DNA of 32,000 bases. It comes from an uncultured Erysipelotrichaceae bacterium (GTDB lineage: Bacteria; Bacillota_I; Bacilli_A; Erysipelotrichales; Erysipelotrichaceae). The position numbers and the translations under genes are program-made. The notes under the pieces are model-generated. The model worked only from the letters and a program-made list of their open reading frames with translations. It was not told the DNA's origin and searched no databases. The stretch lies in the NCBI GenBank assembly GCA_964401865.1, contig CAYNZZ010000001.1, positions 120,001 through 152,000 on the forward strand, read 5' to 3'. Within the stretch, counting starts at the first letter, position 1, and the number at the start of each line of letters is the position of its first letter. Shown piece after piece: positions 18,275 through 27,572 of this stretch.

Positions 18275-20449
18275 ATGAATGTAATTAAAAGAAGTGGTGA
18301 AGAAGTAATTTTTACTGGTGATAAGATTGCAGCGGCAATTAAAAAAGCAAGCGATGCAACAGAAAAAAATCAATTAAGTGGCCAAGAAATTTCCGATATC
18401 ACTGCAAAAGTTATAGATGAATGCGAAAAAGTAAAACGCAGTATGTCGGTTGAAGAAATTCAAGATTTAGTTGAAACAGAACTGATGAGATCTGGTCATT
18501 TTGAGGTTGCTCATAATTATATTACATATCGTTATAAAAGAGAATTGGTTCGTAAATCCAACTCAACAGACCGTCAAATCTTATCTTTATTAGAGAGAAA
18601 TAACGAGGAAGTTAAACAGGAAAATTCTAATAAAAATCCACTTGTAAATAGTGTTCAAAGAGATTATATGGCAGGAGAAGTATCGAAGGATATCACCAAA
18701 CGTTTCTTGCTGCCGCCAGATATTGTTGAAGCACATGAAAAGGGCATTATCCATTTCCATGATGCTGATTATTATGCTCAACATATGCATAACTGCTGCC
18801 TTGTAAATCTGGAAGATATGCTACAAAACGGCACAGTTATCTCTGAAACAATGATCGAAAGGCCGCATACTTTCTCAACTGCATGTAATGTTGCAACACA
18901 AATTATTGCTCAGGTTGCTAGTTCACAATATGGTGGACAAAGCATTACTCTTTCTCATTTAGCGCCATTTGTAGAAAATTCTCGTCAAATTTTAAGAAAA
19001 GAAGTTAGAGAAGAGTTTGAAGCACAAAATATTGAAGCTAGTGAGGAAACAATTAACGATATCGCCGAAATGCGCGTTCGTAAGGAAGTTGAACGCGGAG
19101 TTCAAACTATTCAATATCAGGTAATTACATTAATGACTACTAATGGTCAAGCTCCATTTGTTACTGTCTTTATGTATTTAAATGAAGTTGAAGAGGGAAG
19201 AACCAGAGATGATTTGGCATTAATTATTGAAGAAACTCTAAAACAGAGAATACTGGGAGTAAAAAATGAAAAAGGCGTCTATATCACTCCGGCTTTTCCT
19301 AAACTGATTTATGTATTGCAAGAAGATAATGTTTATCCAGGAAGCCGTTACTATGAATTAACTAAGCTTGCAGCTAAATGTACAGCTAAGCGTTTAGTTC
19401 CTGATTATATTTCTGAAAAGATGATGCTAGAACTAAAGATTGATAAAAATGGTAATGGTAATTGTTATCCGTGCATGGGATGCCGTTCATTTTTAACACC
19501 GTATGTCGATGAAAATGGTAAGCCAAAATATTATGGCCGTTTCAATCAAGGTGTCGTAACCATCAATCTAGTAGATGTTGCCTGTTCATCAAAGGGTAAT
19601 GAAGAAGAATTCTGGAAGATTATGGATGAAAGACTTGATTTGTGTAAACGTGCATTGATGTGCCGACATAATAGATTGCTTGGAACACCAAGTGATGTTG
19701 CACCAATTTTATGGCAAAATGGTGCTCTAGCTCGTCTTAAAAAAGGCGAAACAATTGATAAGTTGTTATTTGGCGGTTATTCAACTATTTCTCTTGGCTA
19801 TGCTGGACTGTGTGAGTGTGTTTACTATATGAAAGGAGTATCACACACCGAAAAAGAAGGAACTGAGTTCGGACTTAAAGTGATGCAATATTTAAATGAT
19901 GCATGTTTAAGATGGAAGAAAGAAGAAAACATTGACTTCAGTATTTATGGAACACCGCTTGAATCAACTACATACAAATTTGCTAAGTGCTTACAAGACC
20001 GTTTCGGTATTATTGAACATGTAACTGATAGAAATTACATCACTAATAGTTATCACATTCATGTTACCGAGGAAATCAATGCGTTTGATAAATTGACATT
20101 TGAAGCTCAATTTCAAAAATTATCACCAGGCGGAGCAATCAGCTATGTTGAAGTGCCGAATATGCAAAATAATATTGAGGCTGTATTGGCTTTAATGACA
20201 CACATTTATGAAAATATCATGTATGCTGAACTGAATACTAAGAGTGATTATTGTCAAATTTGTGGTTATGACGGTGAAATTAAAATTGTTGAAGACGAAA
20301 ACCACAAATTGATCTGGGAATGTCCAAATTGTCATAATCATGACCAAGACAAAATGAATGTCGCTAGAAGAACATGTGGATATATTGGTACTCAATACTG
20401 GAATCAAGGTCGTACGCAAGAAATTAAAGAAAGAGTTCTTCATTTGTAA
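18275..20449 (+). CDS. nrdD: anaerobic ribonucleoside-triphosphate reductase (class III)
   Basis: 724 aa. N-terminal ATP-cone (MNVIKRSGEEVIF), C-terminal Zn site CQICG...CPNCHN and glycyl-radical motif RRTCGYIG. Confidence 0.97.
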   Translation: MNVIKRSGEEVIFTGDKIAAAIKKASDATEKNQLSGQEISDITAKVIDECEKVKRSMSVEEIQDLVETELMRSGHFEVAHNYITYRYKRELVRKSNSTDRQILSLLERNNEEVKQENSNKNPLVNSVQRDYMAGEVSKDITKRFLLPPDIVEAHEKGIIHFHDADYYAQHMHNCCLVNLEDMLQNGTVISETMIERPHTFSTACNVATQIIAQVASSQYGGQSITLSHLAPFVENSRQILRKEVREEFEAQNIEASEETINDIAEMRVRKEVERGVQTIQYQVITLMTTNGQAPFVTVFMYLNEVEEGRTRDDLALIIEETLKQRILGVKNEKGVYITPAFPKLIYVLQEDNVYPGSRYYELTKLAAKCTAKRLVPDYISEKMMLELKIDKNGNGNCYPCMGCRSFLTPYVDENGKPKYYGRFNQGVVTINLVDVACSSKGNEEEFWKIMDERLDLCKRALMCRHNRLLGTPSDVAPILWQNGALARLKKGETIDKLLFGGYSTISLGYAGLCECVYYMKGVSHTEKEGTEFGLKVMQYLNDACLRWKKEENIDFSIYGTPLESTTYKFAKCLQDRFGIIEHVTDRNYITNSYHIHVTEEINAFDKLTFEAQFQKLSPGGAISYVEVPNMQNNIEAVLALMTHIYENIMYAELNTKSDYCQICGYDGEIKIVEDENHKLIWECPNCHNHDQDKMNVARRTCGYIGTQYWNQGRTQEIKERVLHL

Positions 20450-20967
20450 TGCATTACGGTAGTATTAAGAAAAATGATATAGCTAACGGTGAGGGTGTAA
20501 GAGTAAGCTTATTTGTTTCAGGATGTCGAGTTAATTGTAAACATTGTTTCCAAAAAGAAACATGGGATTTTAATTACGGTAAAGAGTTTAATGAGGAAAC
20601 AAAAAAAGAAATCATTGAAGCTCTTAAACCTAATTACATTAAAGGTCTTACGGTTCTAGGTGGCGAACCTTTTGAAAAGGAAAACCAAGAAGAATTAGTA
20701 AAGCTATATAGAGAGATTAAACAAATATATCCTAACAAAGATATATGGTCGTTTAGTGGATATCTGTTTGATGCGGATATCTTAAATGGCAAAAGACATT
20801 TCGATGTTACCGATGAGTTATTGTCTTACATAGACGTATTAGTCGATGGACCGTTTGTAAATGAATTAAAGAATATTTCTTTAAAATTCAGAGGCAGTGA
20901 AAATCAAAGGGTTATTGATGTACAAAAGTCACTCAAAAATAAAGAAGTAATTCTTTATTTAGACTAA
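20449..20967 (+). CDS. nrdG: anaerobic RNR activating protein (radical SAM)
   Basis: 172 aa. Cluster motif GCRVNCKHCFQKETW (CxxxCxxC). TAATG overlap with nrdD. Confidence 0.95.
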   Translation: MHYGSIKKNDIANGEGVRVSLFVSGCRVNCKHCFQKETWDFNYGKEFNEETKKEIIEALKPNYIKGLTVLGGEPFEKENQEELVKLYREIKQIYPNKDIWSFSGYLFDADILNGKRHFDVTDELLSYIDVLVDGPFVNELKNISLKFRGSENQRVIDVQKSLKNKEVILYLD

Positions 20968-20986
20968 CAATATTTTGGAAGAGACA

Positions 20987-21016
20987 TTGACAAATGGGGC
21001 AATTGTTTTATACAAT
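20987..21016 (+). promoter_or_regulatory. candidate sigma-A promoter of rpmH
   Basis: TTGACA (20987-20992), an 18-nt spacer, then TACAAT (21011-21016). Confidence 0.5.
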
Positions 21017-21061
21017 ATTAAAGCAATTGCTCTATAGGAAAGGAAGTAAAGGTGGCTTAGT

Positions 21062-21196
21062 ATGAAAAGAACGTATCAACCGAGCAAGAGAAAACACCAA
21101 AGAGTCCACGGTTTCAGAGCCCGCATGAAGACTGTTGGCGGACGCAAGGTCTTAGCTAGACGTCGTGCAAAGGGCAGAAAAGTCTTGTCGGCATAA
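21062..21196 (+). CDS. rpmH: 50S ribosomal protein L34
   Basis: Below the ORF-track size cut-off. My translation from ATG 21062 is [44 protein letters not shown], then TAA at 21194-21196. RBS AAAGGTGG upstream. Confidence 0.95.
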   Translation: MKRTYQPSKRKHQRVHGFRARMKTVGGRKVLARRRAKGRKVLSA

Positions 21197-21217
21197 AAAG
21201 TCACGATTGTGACTTTT
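21196..21217 (+). terminator. hairpin between rpmH and rnpA (terminator/attenuator)
   Basis: aaaagtcac (21196-21204), loop gatt, gtgactttt (21209-21217), then aatttta. Confidence 0.6.
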
Positions 21218-21230
21218 AATTTTATCTATT

Positions 21231-21578
21231 ATGAAAAAACAATTTCGAGTTAGAAAGAATCAGGAATTCTCTAAGATAATTGCTGGAAAGCATATTTTTA
21301 GGGGTGAATCTTTCATTATATATGCATCAATAAGAAATGAAGATCATTCACGCGTAGGCATCAGTGTATCAAAAAAACTCGGCAATGCGGTTTGTCGCAA
21401 TAAAATTAAAAGGCAGTTGAGAATGATGTTGCAGAGCCTATTGGACTTCAAAGAAGATAATTACGATTATATTGTTATTGTACGCCCGAATTATCTAAAT
21501 ATGAGCTTTGATGACAATAAAAAGGACTTGGAAAAGACTATTAAAAAAGTTAAAATGAAAGGGTATGTAAAGAGGTAA
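21231..21578 (+). CDS. rnpA: ribonuclease P protein component
   Basis: 115 aa and basic. N-terminal KKQFRVRKNQEFSKI and central VSKKLGNAVCRNKIKRQLR (RNR motif) are typical RnpA. Conserved position after rpmH. Confidence 0.92.
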   Translation: MKKQFRVRKNQEFSKIIAGKHIFRGESFIIYASIRNEDHSRVGISVSKKLGNAVCRNKIKRQLRMMLQSLLDFKEDNYDYIVIVRPNYLNMSFDDNKKDLEKTIKKVKMKGYVKR

Positions 21579-21582
21579 ATCA

Positions 21583-22452
21583 ATGAATAAAAAGAAATTA
21601 TTATTGGTATTGACCATAATCGGATTACTGTTTTTGATGAGTGGTTGTTCAATTCCGACTGATGAAAGTGGTAATGTAATTCTAATTACTGAAGCAACAA
21701 CATTTGAGACAATGCTTCAAACAGAGGGCTTGTTTTCAGCAATATTTGTATTCCCGTTAGTTAAGATAATTGAGTGGTTAACTCCTCTTACTAATGTAGG
21801 TATCGCTATTATTGCCGTTACTGTATTAGTAAATGGATTAGCATTATTATTGACATTTAAGTCAAATATCGAATCACAAAGAATGCAGTTAATTCAACCG
21901 GAAATTCAAAAGATTCAAAGAAAATACGAAGGTAAGGAAGATCAGACTTCTAAGATGCGCGCAGCAACTGAAATGCAGAATATCTACAAGAAATATGATA
22001 TTCATCCATTCAGAACAATGTTTGCACAATTCATTCAATTCCCTATCTTAATCGCAATCTATTATGCAGTTAGAAGATCGAGCGCAGTCGTTACTGGTTC
22101 ATTCTTAGGTATGAGTTTAGAAGTAACTCCTATCGAAGGTTTGCAAAGTGGGCAATTCAGTTATGTAATTTTATTTGTGTTGATGATTTTAGCTCAGTTC
22201 CTTTCAATGAAGGCTCCTATGTATCTTCAGGAAAAGAAACTTAAGAAAGAAGCTGAAATTCATCACCGTCGCTATGAAAAACCACAAAATCCAGCCGGAA
22301 ACATGATGTATTTTATGATTATCTTCGTTGGTGTCTTGATGATTAACTGGCCAAGTGCGATGTCTTTGTACTATTTTATTTCATCATTTGTAGCAATCTT
22401 GAAGAGTATTTTAATCAATTCTCTAACTGAGAAAGAAGTAAAGAAGGACTAA
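21583..22452 (+). CDS. yidC: membrane protein insertase YidC/SpoIIIJ type (lipoprotein form)
   Basis: 289 aa. Lipobox LMSGC, multi-TM 60-kDa-IMP core (QPEIQKIQRKY, YKKYDIHPF) and basic C-terminus. Confidence 0.93.
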   Translation: MNKKKLLLVLTIIGLLFLMSGCSIPTDESGNVILITEATTFETMLQTEGLFSAIFVFPLVKIIEWLTPLTNVGIAIIAVTVLVNGLALLLTFKSNIESQRMQLIQPEIQKIQRKYEGKEDQTSKMRAATEMQNIYKKYDIHPFRTMFAQFIQFPILIAIYYAVRRSSAVVTGSFLGMSLEVTPIEGLQSGQFSYVILFVLMILAQFLSMKAPMYLQEKKLKKEAEIHHRRYEKPQNPAGNMMYFMIIFVGVLMINWPSAMSLYYFISSFVAILKSILINSLTEKEVKKD

Positions 22453-22453
22453 T

Positions 22454-23059
22454 ATGAAAAAATATACTGCTAAAAATCTTGATGAAGCATTAGCGCTTAT
22501 CATCAAAGAGCAAAATTGTAAAAAAGAAGATATTACTTATGAAGTCGTTGAAGAAAGTAAACATTTCTTAGGTATCGGAAATTCAATAACTATTAGTGCA
22601 TATACAAATCAAGATATTAAAGATTTCATTTTTGACTATCTAGGCTCATATTTTACAAACTTGAATCAGGAAGTCGCAATTGAAATTATCCTCGAAAAGG
22701 ACTTGTTCAAAGTTATTTTAGATGCTGAAAATAACGCTATTATTATAGGCAAAGGGGGACAGACTTTAAGAGCTATCTCGACTGTATTAAAAGCAGCAAC
22801 TAATAATACATTCAAGAAACGTGTAAATATTGTAGTTGATATCAATAACTATAAAGAAGATCGTTATCGTAAAGTTAAATCAATAGCCAATCGTGTAGCT
22901 AAAGAAGTAGCTAAAACACATATTGATGCTGCTTTAGATCCAATGCCTAATGATGAAAGAAAAGTTATTCATGAGTTCTTATCGAAAAGAGAACACATCA
23001 AAACTGAATCAGAGGGTGACGGAAGCCAAAGACATTTAGTCATTAAATATGTAGAGTAA
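22454..23059 (+). CDS. jag: Jag/KhpB RNA-binding protein (Jag_N + KH + R3H)
   Basis: 201 aa. KH-like IIGKGGQTLRAI and R3H-like ERKVIHEFL. Conserved position after yidC. Confidence 0.9.
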   Translation: MKKYTAKNLDEALALIIKEQNCKKEDITYEVVEESKHFLGIGNSITISAYTNQDIKDFIFDYLGSYFTNLNQEVAIEIILEKDLFKVILDAENNAIIIGKGGQTLRAISTVLKAATNNTFKKRVNIVVDINNYKEDRYRKVKSIANRVAKEVAKTHIDAALDPMPNDERKVIHEFLSKREHIKTESEGDGSQRHLVIKYVE

Positions 23060-23127
23060 TAAAAACAATAGCATAAAATTGACATGTACCCCAAATACTA
23101 GACAACTAGGAGGAGGGGTATTTTTAA

Positions 23128-23685
23128 ATGAAGTATTCATGGGAATTTAAATTAGAGTGTGTTAAGAATTATAAGATAGGTAAGAGTAACGTTAAACCGG
23201 AATACGCAAAATGTAACCAGAAAGGATTTTCTCATAAAGTAAGAGAATGGGTCAGGATATATGAACTACATGGAATAGATGGCTTGAAACACAAACCATC
23301 AAACAAAGAATGGACAAAAGAAGAAAAATTCGATTTAGTATCTAAGGTATTAGCAGGCAATTCTATTAAAAACACAGCTATTGGAGTAGAGATCGATCCT
23401 GGATTACCCCATAAATGGGTTAAAAAATATAAATATGAAGGTTACAATGGTTTAGAAGCAAAAAAAAGAGGAAGACCTCCAAAGGAAAATTCCATTATGC
23501 CAAAACCAAGTAACAATAAAGAAACCGAGCTTATAAAAAGCGAGTTAGAAGAACTAAAACTTCTAAGAAGAAGAAATGAGTATCTTGAAGCTGAGAATGC
23601 CTACTTAAAAAAAGTAAGAGCCTTGGCAATAGAGAAGATGGCATCATCAGCCAAGGCGAAAAAGCTAAAGTCATCAAAGAACTAG
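23128..23685 (+). CDS. IS3-family transposase OrfA (HTH + leucine-zipper region)
   Basis: 185 aa. The C-terminal heptad-like ELEELKLLRRRNEYLEAENAYLKKVRAL is typical of IS3 OrfA. RBS AGGAGGAGGGG. Confidence 0.9.
   Translation: MKYSWEFKLECVKNYKIGKSNVKPEYAKCNQKGFSHKVREWVRIYELHGIDGLKHKPSNKEWTKEEKFDLVSKVLAGNSIKNTAIGVEIDPGLPHKWVKKYKYEGYNGLEAKKRGRPPKENSIMPKPSNNKETELIKSELEELKLLRRRNEYLEAENAYLKKVRALAIEKMASSAKAKKLKSSKN
23607..23613 (+). promoter_or_regulatory. programmed -1 ribosomal frameshift site (A AAA AAA G)
   Basis: The run of seven A at 23607-23613 lies in orfA codons TTA AAA AAA GTA. The -1 frame is open from here (KKSKSLGNREDGIISQGEKAKVIKELVNKEGYRLSDLLKVSKLPRSTYYFE) straight into orfB. Confidence 0.8.
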
Positions 23686-23732
23686 TCAACAAAGAAGGAT
23701 ATAGATTAAGCGATTTATTAAAAGTTTCAAAA

Positions 23733-24527
23733 TTGCCTAGATCAACTTATTATTTTGAAGTCAATAAAACAAATAATGATAATAAAAATAAAGAAATCAT
23801 CAATGAAATAACAACTATATTTTATGATAACAAGCAAAGATATGGAGTAAGACGCATTACAGCAGAACTCCATAATAGAGGCCATATAATCAATCATAAG
23901 AAAGTTCAAAGATTAATGTCTATCTTGGGTTTGAAAGGCAAAAGACCAAAAGAGAAGTATCATTCATATAAAGGTGATATTGGTAAAAAAGCGGATAATA
24001 TCATTAACCGTGATTTTAAAGCTTATAAGCCTAATCAAAAATGGACTACTGATGTATCACAATTTAATTTTTCTTGGGGCAAATGTTACTTATCACCGAT
24101 ATTAGATATATATAATGATGAAATTATATCTTATGATTTATCTCTTCGTCCCAATCTTGAACAAATAATAAATATGTTAAACAAAGCATTTAACAAATAT
24201 GATAGCCTTGACGACCTAATATTCCATTCTGATCAAGGTTGGCAATATCAACATCAAGCTTTTATAGATAAGCTTAAAGAAAAAGGAATTAATCAATCTA
24301 TGTCTCGTAAAGGAAACTGTTATGATAATTCAATAATGGAATCATTCTTTGGAACTTTGAAAAATGAAATGTACTATGGATTAGAATCAACTTATACTTC
24401 TTTTGAAGAATTCGCTAAAGCAATTGATGAATATATACATTATTTCAACAATAACAGGATTCAATCCAAAACAAAATGGATGTCACCTGTAAAATACAGA
24501 GAAACATCCATATGTTTAAATAATTAA
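23733..24527 (+). CDS. IS3-family transposase OrfB (DDE/rve integrase core), expressed as an OrfAB fusion
   Basis: 264 aa as listed, although the TTG start is an ORF-caller artefact. DDE core motifs WTTDVS, HSDQGWQY and RKGNCYDNSIMESFFGTLKNE. Confidence 0.9.
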   Translation: MPRSTYYFEVNKTNNDNKNKEIINEITTIFYDNKQRYGVRRITAELHNRGHIINHKKVQRLMSILGLKGKRPKEKYHSYKGDIGKKADNIINRDFKAYKPNQKWTTDVSQFNFSWGKCYLSPILDIYNDEIISYDLSLRPNLEQIINMLNKAFNKYDSLDDLIFHSDQGWQYQHQAFIDKLKEKGINQSMSRKGNCYDNSIMESFFGTLKNEMYYGLESTYTSFEEFAKAIDEYIHYFNNNRIQSKTKWMSPVKYRETSICLNN

Positions 24528-24636
24528 ATGATATTATATGACCAATTAAATAGATTTATATATGTCTAGGAAATTGGGTACATGTCAAAATAACTATCTT
24601 GTTTATTTATGCTTTTTTTATAAGGAGGAAAAGAAA

Positions 24637-25137
24637 ATGTTAAAAGAAATTTATGAAAGACAAAGCATTAGAAAGTACAAGGATGTCAAAGTTGATGAAG
24701 AAGTCATCAATGAAATTTTAAGAGCCGGTATGAATGCTCCTACTGCTAGAAATCTCCAAACTTGGAAATATATTGTAGTAGAGAATAAAGAAGTGTTAAA
24801 CGAAATATCTACTTTCACTCCTAGTATGTCAATGATGAAAGAAGCCACGTTCGCTATTATTGTTTTGGGAGATAGAAAACTAGATGATAATGATATTTAT
24901 CTTTATGTAAATGCTTCTGCTTCAATCGAAAATATGCTTATCGAGGGTGTTAATCAAGGTTTAGGATCTTGCTGGTGCGCTATAGGTCCTAATGAAGATA
25001 GAGTTGAAGCATTTAGAAACTATTTCAAGATCGAAGACGATTTAGTTCCTGTTGCTTGTGTATCTTTTGGTGTTAGTAACGAAACTAAAGAAAAAGTAGA
25101 CCGTTATGATGAAAACAAAGTAGCTTGGATTAAATAG
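24637..25137 (+). CDS. nitroreductase-family (FMN) oxidoreductase
   Basis: ORF 24562..25137. ATG 24637 follows TAAGGAGGA. MLKEIYERQSIRKYKDVKVDEEVINEILRAGMNAPTARNLQTW is the nitroreductase N-terminal signature. The upstream part of the listed ORF reads through the IS3 right end. Confidence 0.9.
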   Translation: MLKEIYERQSIRKYKDVKVDEEVINEILRAGMNAPTARNLQTWKYIVVENKEVLNEISTFTPSMSMMKEATFAIIVLGDRKLDDNDIYLYVNASASIENMLIEGVNQGLGSCWCAIGPNEDRVEAFRNYFKIEDDLVPVACVSFGVSNETKEKVDRYDENKVAWIK

Positions 25138-25175
25138 AGAGCAACTATTTATAAATCTTTTATTTTGAACAAAAT

Positions 25176-25203
25176 AAGATTGCTTAATTGAGCAATCTTT
25201 TAA
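25176..25203 (+). terminator. terminator-like hairpin after the nitroreductase gene
   Basis: aagattgct (25176-25184) / agcaatctt (25191-25199), weak T tail. Confidence 0.55.
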
Positions 25204-25264
25204 ACTAACGATTGCTATATTTTAGCTATATTGAAAGAATGAGGCAATTTAGCTTCATTAATAT

Positions 25265-25274
25265 GGGGGGGGGG
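25265..25274 (+). repeat. G10 homopolymer abutting a -35 hexamer
   Basis: Counted directly: G at 25265-25274, immediately followed by TTGAAT. Confidence 0.95.
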
Positions 25275-25307
<33 letters not shown>

Positions 25308-25334
25308 GATAAAAAAGGGAGGATAATTTATCTA

Positions 25335-25751
25335 ATGAAAAAAACAGTGGGAACAATTATATTGTTGTGTGGGCTAGTATTATTAAGCTTAGGGTTATTG
25401 ATTAATATACCTGGAGAAGTTTTAACGACATATGAATATCTCGACAATGAAAAAACAGATTATTATGTTCGTGGTAATAAGTATTCAAGTATTGATGAGT
25501 ATGTCGGCGGGGATGCATATAACTATATTATAGGAGCAACATTGGTTGGTTCAAGAATCAGTGGCTCAATTGCTGCTAAATCAATCTATATCTCTAGCGG
25601 GATTATATGTATTTGTTTGGGTATAAAGGAAATAGCCGATAACAAGAATCAAGAAGAAATTATTAATCACATTAAATCAATAGATGGAAAAGTGCAAAAA
25701 GATACTGAACTAGAAACTAAAAATGAAATAGATGAGGCATTAAAATTCTAA
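25335..25751 (+). CDS. small 2-TM membrane protein, unknown function
   Basis: ORF 25212..25751. The upstream part reads through the repeats, so I take ATG 25335 (MKKTVGTIILLCGLVLLSLGLL), which follows GGGAGGA. Second hydrophobic helix IYISSGIICICLGI, exposed loop with EYVGGDAYNYIIGA, charged C-terminus. Confidence 0.7.
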   Translation: MKKTVGTIILLCGLVLLSLGLLINIPGEVLTTYEYLDNEKTDYYVRGNKYSSIDEYVGGDAYNYIIGATLVGSRISGSIAAKSIYISSGIICICLGIKEIADNKNQEEIINHIKSIDGKVQKDTELETKNEIDEALKF

Positions 25752-27523
25752 TGAACAACGAAATATTTAAAGAGTTATCTAATTATAAGGGGAGCAATTA
25801 CACATCGTTCTTATATTGGATATACAAAGTTGAATATGTTTCCGTTAAGAATCATTTTTATGTAAAAATATATTTATTTAATAGATTATTTAATGAAAAA
25901 AAATTAAATGTCGTTTCTTTTGAAATAAACAATCGAGTTTACGTTATCGAAAATTTTAAAGAAATATCTACTTATAACAACAAAAATATATTGGGTTGTT
26001 TTGTGGAATTAGATTCTGATGATTACAATAAAGATATAAAAATTGTTTTAGAACAAATAGATGGCAAAGACTACGCTGTTGATGGTGCTGAAATAAAATA
26101 TTCATTTAAAGATTTTGTAAAAGATGACCAAATGCTTTGTAATATTTATCCTGATTACAAGAATAATCATGTTGTTTTTCCTTTAATAGAAAATAATTAT
26201 TGGCAATGTTCGTGCGGCAGAATTCATACTATTGATGATATTAACTGTGATTGTGGGTTAAATTTATCGGTGATAAAGGAAATTGCTTTTTTTGATTTTT
26301 GTGGAGCGTATGCAAAAGAATATTTTAAGAATGGTATAGAGTATGATTATTCTATATCGTTTGATAAAAATATAGAAAACTGTAAAGATAAATTTAGCAA
26401 ATTGCATGGATATAATCTTGAAAATATAGAAGATTTTATTGATATAGCTGACGAAAAAATAGCTTTTGATGAAAAAATCGAAATATTGGATAAAGAAAAG
26501 AAAAACAGAAAAAAGAGAAATACAATCATTTGTGTGATTATACTCGCATTAATTGCTTTGGTGGCTACTTTTTTCGTTACTAAACCAGAATATTTTAAAT
26601 ATATTGAATGTTTAGGGGAAAAAGATTTGTTTACTGGTAGCAACTGCTTTTGTGAGATTACAGTACTCGATAGCGAACAAAGGGGTAATAATCTATATAA
26701 AGAATATATAACAAATATATATGAGAATGGCGAATATGAAAAATTTGTAAATGAGGTATATATAAATGGAATAAATAAAAAAAGAATCATCAATAGTGAA
26801 GACACGTACGATTATACGATACTAGATGAAGATGTGAGTGAGATGTTTTTAAAATCTTTAGAAATTTATACTAAAGAAAATAAAAATGATGTAGGTAAAT
26901 TGCATCATATTGATTTCATTGCAAAGAAATTTACGAATATTCCTGATGATTTTGTTGATGACGAATTCTATGGTTATTATAGTCGAAGCGTTACTTCCGG
27001 AAGCTCAGATGTAACTAAATATTTTTTGAATTCATATAAGGAAAGTGGAAATAGAAAAGACTATGTAAATTATCTTAAGTCTATTCATTATGAAATATCT
27101 GTGGCCGGTCAAGATTATAAAGATTCCGCAAGTTTTGAGAAAGGAAGTTTCTCATACGGTATAATTAGTTCAAATGGTTTTGAATCGTTTAATCAATACT
27201 ATAACGAATTGAAAAGCGCATTAGCAAATGATTCTTTTTATGATTCTATTATTAATGATCAATGTTATGACAAAGTGAGATTAAAAGGTTATTGGAGTGG
27301 TAATGGCTATTACTTCGAACTGAAAAGCGACGGACACATATCTTATAATATTCCTTGGGTTGATTATGGAGATTATTATAATTTGTATAATCATTATATA
27401 ACTTTATATGAAGAAGGAAACGATTACGGAAGAAACTTGTTTGGAATTAATTTTATTTCAGACACAGAAATTGAGATTGAATCGTGGAAAAATTTTAAAA
27501 CTTATAAATTATATAAACAGTAA
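25751..27523 (+). CDS. single-pass membrane protein with N-terminal zinc-ribbon-like motif, unknown function
   Basis: 590 aa. TAATG overlap with the previous gene. WQCSCGRIHTIDDINCDCG (CxC-x10-CxC), then KKNRKKRNTIICVIILALIALVATFFV (positive-inside rule, so the N-terminus is cytoplasmic), then a ~300-aa Tyr/Asn/Asp-rich C-terminal domain. Confidence 0.75.
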   Translation: MNNEIFKELSNYKGSNYTSFLYWIYKVEYVSVKNHFYVKIYLFNRLFNEKKLNVVSFEINNRVYVIENFKEISTYNNKNILGCFVELDSDDYNKDIKIVLEQIDGKDYAVDGAEIKYSFKDFVKDDQMLCNIYPDYKNNHVVFPLIENNYWQCSCGRIHTIDDINCDCGLNLSVIKEIAFFDFCGAYAKEYFKNGIEYDYSISFDKNIENCKDKFSKLHGYNLENIEDFIDIADEKIAFDEKIEILDKEKKNRKKRNTIICVIILALIALVATFFVTKPEYFKYIECLGEKDLFTGSNCFCEITVLDSEQRGNNLYKEYITNIYENGEYEKFVNEVYINGINKKRIINSEDTYDYTILDEDVSEMFLKSLEIYTKENKNDVGKLHHIDFIAKKFTNIPDDFVDDEFYGYYSRSVTSGSSDVTKYFLNSYKESGNRKDYVNYLKSIHYEISVAGQDYKDSASFEKGSFSYGIISSNGFESFNQYYNELKSALANDSFYDSIINDQCYDKVRLKGYWSGNGYYFELKSDGHISYNIPWVDYGDYYNLYNHYITLYEEGNDYGRNLFGINFISDTEIEIESWKNFKTYKLYKQ

Positions 27524-27572
27524 AAATAGAGTAAACACAAATATTAATCAACATTTTAAAAAGGAGAAATTT

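Larger units (their letters stand above)
23080..24587 (+). mobile_element. IS3-family insertion sequence (IS150-like organisation), apparently intact, 1508 bp
   Basis: 25-bp terminal inverted repeats TGACATGTACCCCAAATACTAGACA (23080-23104) and TGTCTAGGAAATTGGGTACATGTCA (24563-24587), matching at 21/25 with TG...CA tips. Flanking 4-bp direct repeat AAAT (23076-23079 and 24588-24591). orfA/orfB in 0/-1 frames with an A7G slippery site. Confidence 0.9.

Noticed and set aside
20968-21061. oriC / DnaA-box cluster upstream of rpmH
   Set aside because: Only 94 bp and no TTATCCACA-like 9-mers found by eye. The region is adequately explained by a TTGACA-18-TACAAT promoter and the rpmH RBS.
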